From contig BDTJ01000038.1 of assembly GCA_002897655.1 (NCBI GenBank), positions 66,689 to 130,688 of the forward strand: 64,000 bases of DNA, written 5' to 3'. A program made the position numbers and the translations under genes. A model generated the notes under the pieces. The model searched no databases. It worked only from the letters and a program-made list of their open reading frames with translations, and was not told where the DNA came from. This stretch comes from an archaeon BMS3Abin17. Its GTDB lineage: Archaea; Nanobdellota; Nanobdellia; Pacearchaeales; GW2011-AR1. Every line of letters starts with the position of its first letter. Position 1 is the stretch's first letter. This document shows positions 56,734-64,000 of the stretch, piece by piece.

Positions 56734-58163
56734 CCTATAACTGCCTTGACTCCCCTTAAATTAAATTTTAATTCTCCCCAACTATTTATGCTCTTTAATC
56801 TCGCAAATATATATTTTGGAGTTAGGAAGATAGTATATATCTTTCCACAGATAGCGGCAATTTCTTCTGGTTTAGAATTTTTTGTTTTCAAAACAGACTC
56901 TCTTTGATCAAATCTCTCATATTCAAGAGGATTAAACAAAAACCATTTTTTTTCTTTAGCTTCTTTATGTAAAGGAGTGCCTGGATAAGGGATAAGAACT
57001 GTTGCCTGAAGCAAATCTGCTTTTCCAGATTGCATTAATCTCTTAGCAAGTTTAAACGTGTTCAGAGCATCTTCTTTTGTCTCCCAAGGATAACCAACTA
57101 TCATTGTTAGGTGTGTTATTAATCCTGCACTTTTTGCCATCTTGCATCCATCTATAATATCTTTGATTTTTATACCTTTATTCAAATTATCAAGAGTTTT
57201 TTGATTCCCAGATTCAAGTCCAAATTTTAAGAGCCTAAAACCTGCTTTTTTCATCAGATTATAATCTTCTTGTTTTAATGCTCCAAATCTCATATTGCAG
57301 GAATATTTTATTTTCTTATTATACCCCCGTTCTATTAATCCCCTGCATAAATCTTTTAACCATTTTCCAATCATCAATGTTCCAGAATCATCAAATATTT
57401 CTTTTACATCATATTTATCAATCAACATTCCAATTTCATCCAAGACATTTTTAACACTTCTAACTCTAAATTTAGGATAAAGAGTTGGCCATGCACAGAA
57501 TTTGCATTTTCCCCACCAGCAATCTCTCCCAGACATAATATAAAAATAAGGTTTTCCTATGAGATTATATTCTTTTTCATATAATTTCCATTTTGTCAAA
57601 TCTCTGTCAGGGTAAGGAAGTTCATCCAGATTATGCTTCAACTCAAATTTACCAGAATTAATTATCTTGTTAGCTTTTCTATAGTATATTCCTTTTGGAA
57701 CTTTTTTTATTTTTTTATCTATCCAATCAGCAAGATCTGCGCTCATAAAATCAAAATCTCCCCCGCATAAAACAAAATCTACTTTGGAATTTTTCATTGT
57801 TTCTTCAGGAAGAGCAGTAACATGATCTCCAAGAATAGCAATTTTCATCATAGGAAAGATTTTCTTTAATCTATCTATTGTTTCCCAGTGCTGTTTTACA
57901 ACAGGAGTTTTGGTCTCAAAAATAAATAAGTCTGTTTTTTCTTTCTTAATAATTTCTACAAATTCTTCCCAGTGAATTTTTTCAGCAACACAATCAATCC
58001 AACTAACATCATGACCTTTGTTTTTAAGGAGTGTTGCAGAAGTTCCCATAACAACAGGATAAAAAAAACTAGGATTGCTAAACCACTGAAACTGCCTGTT
58101 TTGCCCGAGGGTGGCTATCCCTTTTTCTGATTCTGTAGGAGGATATCCTATAATGATTTTCAT
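56709..58163 (-). CDS. Cobalamin-binding (class B) radical SAM enzyme, variant cluster spacing
   Basis: 484 aa; B12-binding-like N-domain; DCWWGKCKFCAW (Cx4Cx2C rather than Cx3Cx2C). Confidence 0.7.
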   Translation of the reverse strand: MKIIIGYPPTESEKGIATLGQNRQFQWFSNPSFFYPVVMGTSATLLKNKGHDVSWIDCVAEKIHWEEFVEIIKKEKTDLFIFETKTPVVKQHWETIDRLKKIFPMMKIAILGDHVTALPEETMKNSKVDFVLCGGDFDFMSADLADWIDKKIKKVPKGIYYRKANKIINSGKFELKHNLDELPYPDRDLTKWKLYEKEYNLIGKPYFYIMSGRDCWWGKCKFCAWPTLYPKFRVRSVKNVLDEIGMLIDKYDVKEIFDDSGTLMIGKWLKDLCRGLIERGYNKKIKYSCNMRFGALKQEDYNLMKKAGFRLLKFGLESGNQKTLDNLNKGIKIKDIIDGCKMAKSAGLITHLTMIVGYPWETKEDALNTFKLAKRLMQSGKADLLQATVLIPYPGTPLHKEAKEKKWFLFNPLEYERFDQRESVLKTKNSKPEEIAAICGKIYTIFLTPKYIFARLKSINSWGELKFNLRGVKAVIGHLKDFWK

Positions 58164-58164
58164 A

Positions 58165-59031
58165 TTATCTTAAATTATTAAGGAATTTAATTGCATTTCT
58201 TCTTTCCCCTTGTGAAGGTATTTTTGAATCTCCCCAGTTTATATCAAGTTCAACTGTGAGATATCTTTCATATTGTTCCTTCTTTAAATAACCTATGAAC
58301 TCTTTAAAATCTATATTACCCTGTCCTAAAGGCAAGTGACTATCTTTATATCCTTTATTATCATGAATATGCATATCAAAAACATTAATTCCTCCAGAGA
58401 TAAGTTTCTTGTAAAAATCAATTGGCTTCATTATGGTGTTTGCATGCCCTATATCAAGAGTTACACCTATATTATCTAACCCTTTAGTCAAAAAGATTAA
58501 ATCATCTGGATAATAAGGAATTTCATTAACATGATTTCCAAGATGATCTGTAGTAGGGAGGTTTTCTATACCTAACTTAATATTCCTTAATTTCTTAGAT
58601 AATGATTCTATACTTTTCCTTAAAATTGTAAGATGTTTCTTATAGCTTTTATGATTTTCACAATAACCTCCATGAACAGTAATTAATTTTGCATCCAATC
58701 TTTTTGCTATATTATAAGTTCTCATAACTTCTTCTATACTAAATTCTCTTGTTTCTTCTTCCAGACTTGCTAAATCAAATTTTCTTCCCTTCAGGGTTTC
58801 TGGAGCTTTAGTGTAATGTAGCATAGGATGTAATATTAACTCAAAATCTTTTAAGCTTTTTATCCTCTCTATCTGCTGAGATGTTAATGCAGATGGTCCT
58901 GTATGTGGATATTGAAGTGAGATTTCTAGATGATTAACACCATCTTTTTTTAGATTTCTCACAAAACTAAATTCCTGCTCCCAGAATTTTTCAGGAAAAC
59001 TACCAATTTTGATAAAAGTTCCAATTTTCAT
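58165..59031 (-). CDS. Sugar phosphate isomerase/epimerase (xylose isomerase-like TIM barrel)
   Basis: 288 aa; ...ITVHGGY... and ...TLDIGHANT... metal-binding pattern. Confidence 0.65.
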   Translation of the reverse strand: MKIGTFIKIGSFPEKFWEQEFSFVRNLKKDGVNHLEISLQYPHTGPSALTSQQIERIKSLKDFELILHPMLHYTKAPETLKGRKFDLASLEEETREFSIEEVMRTYNIAKRLDAKLITVHGGYCENHKSYKKHLTILRKSIESLSKKLRNIKLGIENLPTTDHLGNHVNEIPYYPDDLIFLTKGLDNIGVTLDIGHANTIMKPIDFYKKLISGGINVFDMHIHDNKGYKDSHLPLGQGNIDFKEFIGYLKKEQYERYLTVELDINWGDSKIPSQGERRNAIKFLNNLR

Positions 59032-59043
59032 AATGATTTCTAA

Positions 59044-59952
59044 TTAAGAAGTATTATAAATGTTTCTTTCCCATTTATCTTTGCTATGGAGTATTTGCTC
59101 TCTTATCTTAACTTCCCAAACAGCCCATTTTACCCAGTCTTTCAAAGGAAGATAACCTTCTTTTGTTCCAAAGTCTTTTCTTTTAATTATATTTATCAGG
59201 CTTTTTGTGATACTCTCATCATCTTTAGTGTCTAAAAAACCAGAGTTGAATTCAATATTGGCTGTTCCTATATGCTCAATTGCATTTGAGTCATCATTTG
59301 CAATAAATGGAATACCAAATCTCTTAGAAATTTCCTTTGCTTCTTGATTTCTCTGTTTACTATAACTTCCAACTACAGGGGTCCATGAAGGACAGCTTGG
59401 AAGAGCAAGTTGCGCATTATGTTCTATTGCAGTCAATTTCCCTTCTCTAGCAAATTCTTCTGTTCTTTGTTTTCCTATCCCATGGTGATCCACACATAAG
59501 ACATGTTCTCCAATTCCAGGAAGTCCCTCTCCATCAAGATATTTAAAAGTTTCATTAAAACCCATTAAATTTGGAACTTTATTAGTCCCGAAAGTTAAAA
59601 TTTCATAAAGATTATCCTTTTCTTTTACTTTTATGCTCTGGCCATTAAGAAAGATTACTTTTTTATTACCCACATCTTTAGCAATTACAAAAGAATTTTC
59701 ACCAAGAGTATGCAATTCATATGGTCTTGATAATCTTTTAGCATGTTCTAATACAAATTGAAACCTGTCACTTACTCTTCCACTATTATCTTCATTATCA
59801 TACTCACTTGTAATTGCATAAACCTCTAAACCTTTTTCAAAACACTTTTCAGCAGCAACTTGCGCTATGTTTTTACCTGTTAAATCAAATCTTTCTAACC
59901 AGTAGGCACTAAAATCAGGATTAAAATGCCCGTGGAGGTTTGCTTTTGTCAT
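59044..59952 (-). CDS. Hypothetical metal-dependent hydrolase-like protein
   Basis: 302 aa; N-terminal ANLHGHF His-cluster; weak. Confidence 0.3.
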   Translation of the reverse strand: MTKANLHGHFNPDFSAYWLERFDLTGKNIAQVAAEKCFEKGLEVYAITSEYDNEDNSGRVSDRFQFVLEHAKRLSRPYELHTLGENSFVIAKDVGNKKVIFLNGQSIKVKEKDNLYEILTFGTNKVPNLMGFNETFKYLDGEGLPGIGEHVLCVDHHGIGKQRTEEFAREGKLTAIEHNAQLALPSCPSWTPVVGSYSKQRNQEAKEISKRFGIPFIANDDSNAIEHIGTANIEFNSGFLDTKDDESITKSLINIIKRKDFGTKEGYLPLKDWVKWAVWEVKIREQILHSKDKWERNIYNTS

Positions 59953-60369
59953 ATTAATGGGTTTATATTAATGGTTTATAAATATTACCTAAATCTTTTT
60001 AAATTCAGAATATTCATTCTTTTGATGGCACAATTAAATAATACAGCCTCAAGAGATAAAAGAAAAGACGCTTTAGTTGAGATTATTAGAGAAAAAATTA
60101 AAGATGATTCTTCTTTAAGACTTTTTGAGACTCATAGGGGGGTGGTCTCAAAATCATTTAAAGGATTTGTTATAGGAAAAAAGATATTGATATTTCCCTT
60201 TCACTCTGAATCTATTGAGATTAATGGAGTTGATAATCCTAATGGTTTTAAACCAAATCGGATGATTGTAAATGATAACAGTTATCTTTTATTGGCACAA
60301 GATATTGCAAAAAAATATGAAGAAAGATTTCCAGACGCAAATTTTCTTATAGAGCATTACAGTCCGTAG
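59926..60369 (+). CDS. Hypothetical protein
   Basis: 147 aa ORF; true start probably internal (MAQLNN...). Confidence 0.3.
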   Translation: MPVEVCFCHINGFILMVYKYYLNLFKFRIFILLMAQLNNTASRDKRKDALVEIIREKIKDDSSLRLFETHRGVVSKSFKGFVIGKKILIFPFHSESIEINGVDNPNGFKPNRMIVNDNSYLLLAQDIAKKYEERFPDANFLIEHYSP

Positions 60370-60382
60370 ATATTTCTCTAAA

Positions 60383-61282
60383 TTATATACTAACAAAATA
60401 TACCCCAAGAATTAGAATCATAATTGCTATTATCTTCAATAAGATTACTCCCTTGCTTGTTTCTTCTTTAAATATATGACTAAATTTAAATGAGAAGATT
60501 AAGGCAATTACTAAAACAAATAATGAGTGGAATCCCCCCAAGGAGAGTACAAGTGCTGCAGAACTTAAGCTTATTGCAACATTTCTTAATCCAAGCCCTA
60601 TAACTGAGATTACCCCCACAGAGATTATTAATATCTTGGCAATTAATTTTAGATTTTTGATATTTTTTATGCCTTCTTTTCCATACTCTTTAAAGAAAAT
60701 AAGAGTCATTGCTGAAAATAAAATTCCCATCTGGATAAAGAAAAAAGAACTCCAATAATCATAATTTTTAAACAGATAATCTGTACCTATAAAAAAACCA
60801 GCCAATATGAGATTCGTTAAAATCATATACCATAATCCTTTTGACATTTTTAGAAGTCCTTTACTCTTTTTTATGGAAATAATAGAGCTGCCTATGATAA
60901 GCAGAAAAAATCCAATATATTGGTTTGAACTTAATCTAAGATTAAGTATTACTATCGAGCCTATTAAAACCAAAACAGGACCAAGATTAAATAACGGGGC
61001 TATTCTAGAAACTTCCTCAAATTCTAGGGATCTCATATAAGGTAGAAGCCCATAAACATAAAATAATCCTGTAATAAAAGCAACAATTAAAAAGAAAAAC
61101 CCATAAAAATTAACTTCTTTAAATAAAATTATAAAAATTCCAATAAATCCTTGTATGAATGTGCTATAAAAGAGCCACATTTTTGAACTTTTAACATATT
61201 TCTTAATAGAAATACTATCTATTATAGAACCTATAGCAAACATTAAGAGGGCTGAAAGAGCAAATAAAACCCATAACATCAA
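60383..61282 (-). CDS. Multi-pass membrane protein (DMT/EamA-like transporter?)
   Basis: 299 aa, ~10 TM helices. Confidence 0.4.
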   Translation of the reverse strand: MMLWVLFALSALLMFAIGSIIDSISIKKYVKSSKMWLFYSTFIQGFIGIFIILFKEVNFYGFFFLIVAFITGLFYVYGLLPYMRSLEFEEVSRIAPLFNLGPVLVLIGSIVILNLRLSSNQYIGFFLLIIGSSIISIKKSKGLLKMSKGLWYMILTNLILAGFFIGTDYLFKNYDYWSSFFFIQMGILFSAMTLIFFKEYGKEGIKNIKNLKLIAKILIISVGVISVIGLGLRNVAISLSSAALVLSLGGFHSLFVLVIALIFSFKFSHIFKEETSKGVILLKIIAIMILILGVYFVSI

Positions 61283-61357
61283 TACACAAATAAAAATAAG
61301 TTTAAAAATTTACTTAAACATACGAATCTTTAAAAATAATATATTAATTGCCTTATA

Positions 61358-61837
61358 ATGGAATTTAAAGCCAGATTAGCCAGAGATGAAGATGTTCCAA
61401 AATTAGTAAAGATAATTCATGAAGAATATGGGGATGATATAGAATTCATGAAAAACAGACTTTCTTATTCTATAAAAAATAATTTTGTTTGTATTGTTGA
61501 AGATTTATCAAATGGAGATATTGCGGGAAGATTAATCTTTCAGGCTAAAGAAAATCCTTTTTTAGGAGTGGGAGAATTAGAGGCAGTTACAGTTAGTGAT
61601 AAATATCAAGAAAAGGGTGTTGGAACAAAATTATTGGAAGAATCAATTAAACAATCAGTGAATTATTTTGAAAGATACAACACAAAAATAAGAAAACTTT
61701 ATCTCATGACTCGCTCAAACAACGAAGTAGCAATAAAATTCTATGAAAAATTTGGCTTTAAAAGACAGAATACTATCGGAAAGATTTTTGTGGATAATGA
61801 ACCAGAGGAGTTAGTTATGCTCAAGAGTTTTGATTAA
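61358..61837 (+). CDS. GNAT family N-acetyltransferase
   Basis: 159 aa; ...VSDKYQEKGVGTKLLEESIK... acetyl-CoA binding motif. Confidence 0.7.
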   Translation: MEFKARLARDEDVPKLVKIIHEEYGDDIEFMKNRLSYSIKNNFVCIVEDLSNGDIAGRLIFQAKENPFLGVGELEAVTVSDKYQEKGVGTKLLEESIKQSVNYFERYNTKIRKLYLMTRSNNEVAIKFYEKFGFKRQNTIGKIFVDNEPEELVMLKSFD

Positions 61838-62784
61838 ACTTGTTCATGTTTCTTAAACAACCCATATAACCAGCCAATTCCGTAGGAGAAATGAGTTAGA
61901 ATTGTGGTGCATGTTGTAACAAGAGTCATTCTTAAATTTTCATGCAGACTTGTAAGGAATATTATTGATAAATAGATAAGGATGAAAATGAGAAATATAT
62001 TTCTAAAAAAAGAATTGAAAATTGAAATAAAAATTCCTTCTATAAACAAGATTACAAAGATGCCAAGTATTGAATAATATATCTTATCAAATGAAAAGTC
62101 TTTTTTTGAGAGCCAGGCAATATCCCTTCCATAAATAAACATCTGTTTAACATGCCCTTTAAGAGTGTCTCTTCTATGGTGATATACTCTTACATCTCCT
62201 GCATACAATACCTTATATCCTTTTTTTGAGCAAGTAAAGCAAAATTCTGAATCCTCTGCTGTTAAGAATCCTGGGTCATATTCAGAAGAAGCCTTTTTTC
62301 TGGATATATAATTGCAAGAGGGCAATTCTCTGACAAATCTGTTTTTTGCTATTTTATATCTTATATTTGCAAAACCTGCTGACCAAAAATTGCTTAGAAC
62401 ATAACCAGAGACTCTCTCCCAGAAATTTCCTTCAGGAGGGGTTAAGTTTGGACCTCCAACAATGCCTATCTTAGGATTATTAAAATATTTCATTGAATTT
62501 TTTAACCAATTTTTTTCAGGGTAAGCATCAGAATCAATAAACCCAAAAAATTCTCCTCTTGCTTTTTTCATCCCAATATTTCTCTTAAAGGCTGGTTTGA
62601 CTTTCCCTGTTTTTATTATCTTGATTTTCCTGTTTGAGAATTTCTTAATTGTTTTTTTATCTGCATTGTCAGGTAAAACTAAGATTCCAAAATCCTTATA
62701 ATTCAGATTTAAGCATTCTTTAATGCATTTTTCAGTCATTAAGTCAATCTCTTTGCAAGGGATTATAATTGAAACCTTTCTCAT
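61834..62784 (-). CDS. Glycosyltransferase family 2 with C-terminal TM helices
   Basis: 316 aa; VSIIIPCKE..., GFIDSDAYP (DxD). Confidence 0.75.
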   Translation of the reverse strand: MRKVSIIIPCKEIDLMTEKCIKECLNLNYKDFGILVLPDNADKKTIKKFSNRKIKIIKTGKVKPAFKRNIGMKKARGEFFGFIDSDAYPEKNWLKNSMKYFNNPKIGIVGGPNLTPPEGNFWERVSGYVLSNFWSAGFANIRYKIAKNRFVRELPSCNYISRKKASSEYDPGFLTAEDSEFCFTCSKKGYKVLYAGDVRVYHHRRDTLKGHVKQMFIYGRDIAWLSKKDFSFDKIYYSILGIFVILFIEGIFISIFNSFFRNIFLIFILIYLSIIFLTSLHENLRMTLVTTCTTILTHFSYGIGWLYGLFKKHEQV

Positions 62785-63716
62785 ATTCTTTTCTTATCTC
62801 TAAGGATTAAAAAGATTCCTATAATAGAAGGAAGTATACCTGAGATCAGCAAGCTTATTATTGACATTGAGAAAATCTTTGTTGCTCCTACACCTGCTAA
62901 TCCAAATAAACTTATAAGGACAGCCTCTCTTGTTCCAAGTCCGCTTATTGTAATAGGTAATTGCCCTACAAACGTCGCTATTGGCATTATTGCCAGAAAA
63001 TAAAAGAAAGAAACATCTATCCCCAAAGATAATCCCACAAAGAATACACTCATATATAGAACAATCCAGTTTAAGAAATTCAATAAGAAAAATAAGATAA
63101 AATACCTTTTTTTAGGCATATTCTCATAAAATGAATAAAATTCCCCCTTTAATTTTAATTTTATCTTTTCTGGGACAAATTTCCTATAAAATATACCCAA
63201 TATTGCTTTGCTTCTCTCTTTACTTCTAAAGACTATGAGCAAACTAACGAGTAACATGAAAACTAGTATAGCATAATATAGATAATTATTAGAGAGGATT
63301 TCTCTAAAGACAAATGAGAATATTGCTGCAAGAAGAACTAATGAGCATAAATCAATCATCTTGTCTAAAACATAATTACTAATTCCTTTTCCGATTTTTC
63401 CATCATTATATTTTTTTAAGTATTCTGCCCGTATAACTGCCCCAACTCTTGAAGGAGTTATAAATCCGTAAAACAGGCTGATCAAATTAATCTTAAATGC
63501 TTCTAAAAATCCTATTTTTGAGGTTTGCACTCTTGCAATGGAAAACCATTTTAGTGTTTGAGTTATAAAAGTTAGAAAAACAAGAAAGATGGCAATTAAT
63601 AAAAGATTAATATTAGCTTTACTTATCTCTTTTAAAACATTATATATATCTAATTTAAGTAGGATATAAATAAAAATAGATATACCTATTATCGGAAGAT
63701 ATTTTTTGAGATTCAT
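62781..63716 (-). CDS. Flippase-like / LPG-synthase-TM-like membrane protein (PF03706-like)
   Basis: 311 aa, ~8 TM; translationally coupled to downstream GT2. Confidence 0.5.
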   Translation of the reverse strand: MNLKKYLPIIGISIFIYILLKLDIYNVLKEISKANINLLLIAIFLVFLTFITQTLKWFSIARVQTSKIGFLEAFKINLISLFYGFITPSRVGAVIRAEYLKKYNDGKIGKGISNYVLDKMIDLCSLVLLAAIFSFVFREILSNNYLYYAILVFMLLVSLLIVFRSKERSKAILGIFYRKFVPEKIKLKLKGEFYSFYENMPKKRYFILFFLLNFLNWIVLYMSVFFVGLSLGIDVSFFYFLAIMPIATFVGQLPITISGLGTREAVLISLFGLAGVGATKIFSMSIISLLISGILPSIIGIFLILRDKKRI

Positions 63717-63910
63717 TAAAAGATAGCCCCCTTAAATAGAATTAAACCCAAGATGATTACCAGTATCTGAAAAAAGTTTATCATATAAACAACTTCTTGT
63801 TCATAGACTTTTTTACTTTTTTTACTTTTTTTTAATAGGTATATTGCAACATGCTCCAATCCATAGAATTTTTTATAAGGCATATCCAGGCTTCCATCAT
63901 TATTCACCAT
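63716..63910 (-). CDS. Small hypothetical protein
   Basis: 64 aa ORF; another minus-strand ORF runs off the window end (63913..64000, partial). Confidence 0.25.
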   Translation of the reverse strand: MVNNDGSLDMPYKKFYGLEHVAIYLLKKSKKSKKVYEQEVVYMINFFQILVIILGLILFKGAIF

Positions 63911-64000
63911 TGCAAGACTTTCTTTTCTCAGACCCCCTCTTACTTTTAAGCCTGTTTCAATAATATAAGGTATAAAGAAAAAGAGGGCAATTTTCTCAAT

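Noticed and set aside
1-64000. CRISPR arrays and cas genes
   Set aside because: No series of regularly spaced identical repeats with unique spacers was seen. The direct repeats that are present (the 22-mer pair, the 88-mer pair and the 9-nt tandem) do not have CRISPR architecture.

Overview
This is an AT-rich (roughly 30% GC) archaeal chromosomal segment, judged archaeal from gene content and order. The r-protein/RNAP operon contains S13, S4, S11, Rpo3/D, eL18, uL13 and uS9, plus eL21, Rpo4/F and a DUF655 gene. There are also an Rpo10/N gene, an Rpp21-like RNase P protein, archaeal-type SecF/SecD, a 5S rRNA, and tRNAs with canonical 37/38 introns. The overall look is that of a small-genome (DPANN-like) archaeon, but that is an inference. 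Layout, left to right: (1) a trehalose module, with a GH37-like trehalase divergent from a TreT-like trehalose synthase plus a HAD hydrolase. (2) A Xer-like tyrosine recombinase, tightly coupled to an orphan serine-recombinase 'Recombinase'-domain protein and followed by an exact 22-nt direct repeat with an internal hairpin. This sits exactly where the conserved S9-rpoN linkage is broken. (3) The r-protein/RNAP block, carrying inserted genes for MscS, a tRNA-Leu and a small TM ORF. (4) A MacB/FtsX-type ABC exporter locus, with two paralogous permeases, small accessory ORFs and an Ig-like surface protein. (5) An unexplained pair of GC-rich 88-nt imperfect direct repeats flanking ~500 nt with strong hairpins, a candidate structured RNA or element boundary. 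(6) The ABC ATPase, rpoN, an Rpp21-like gene and an unannotated AbrB-like sORF. (7) A cluster of two free-standing double-motif LAGLIDADG endonuclease genes, the 5S rRNA, an RfaE/HldE-like sugar kinase, tRNA-Leu, intron-containing tRNA-Arg(CCU) and a probable intron-containing tRNA-Gly. (8) SecF/SecD. (9) A ~35-kb surface glycan and lipid head-group biosynthesis locus. It holds a UDP-xylose synthase, an ATP-grasp gene, a CDP-alcohol phosphatidyltransferase, tandem nucleotidyltransferase paralogs (one fused to a class-V aminotransferase), a Wzx-like flippase, GT1, GT2, GT9 and GT-C glycosyltransferases, three cobalamin-dependent radical SAM enzymes plus one SPASM-type radical SAM, two methyltransferases, a QueC homolog with a nucleoside-2-deoxyribosyltransferase-like protein, a deacetylase and a GNAT. 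No CRISPR array was seen. Coordinates of RNA genes were hand-folded and are approximate.
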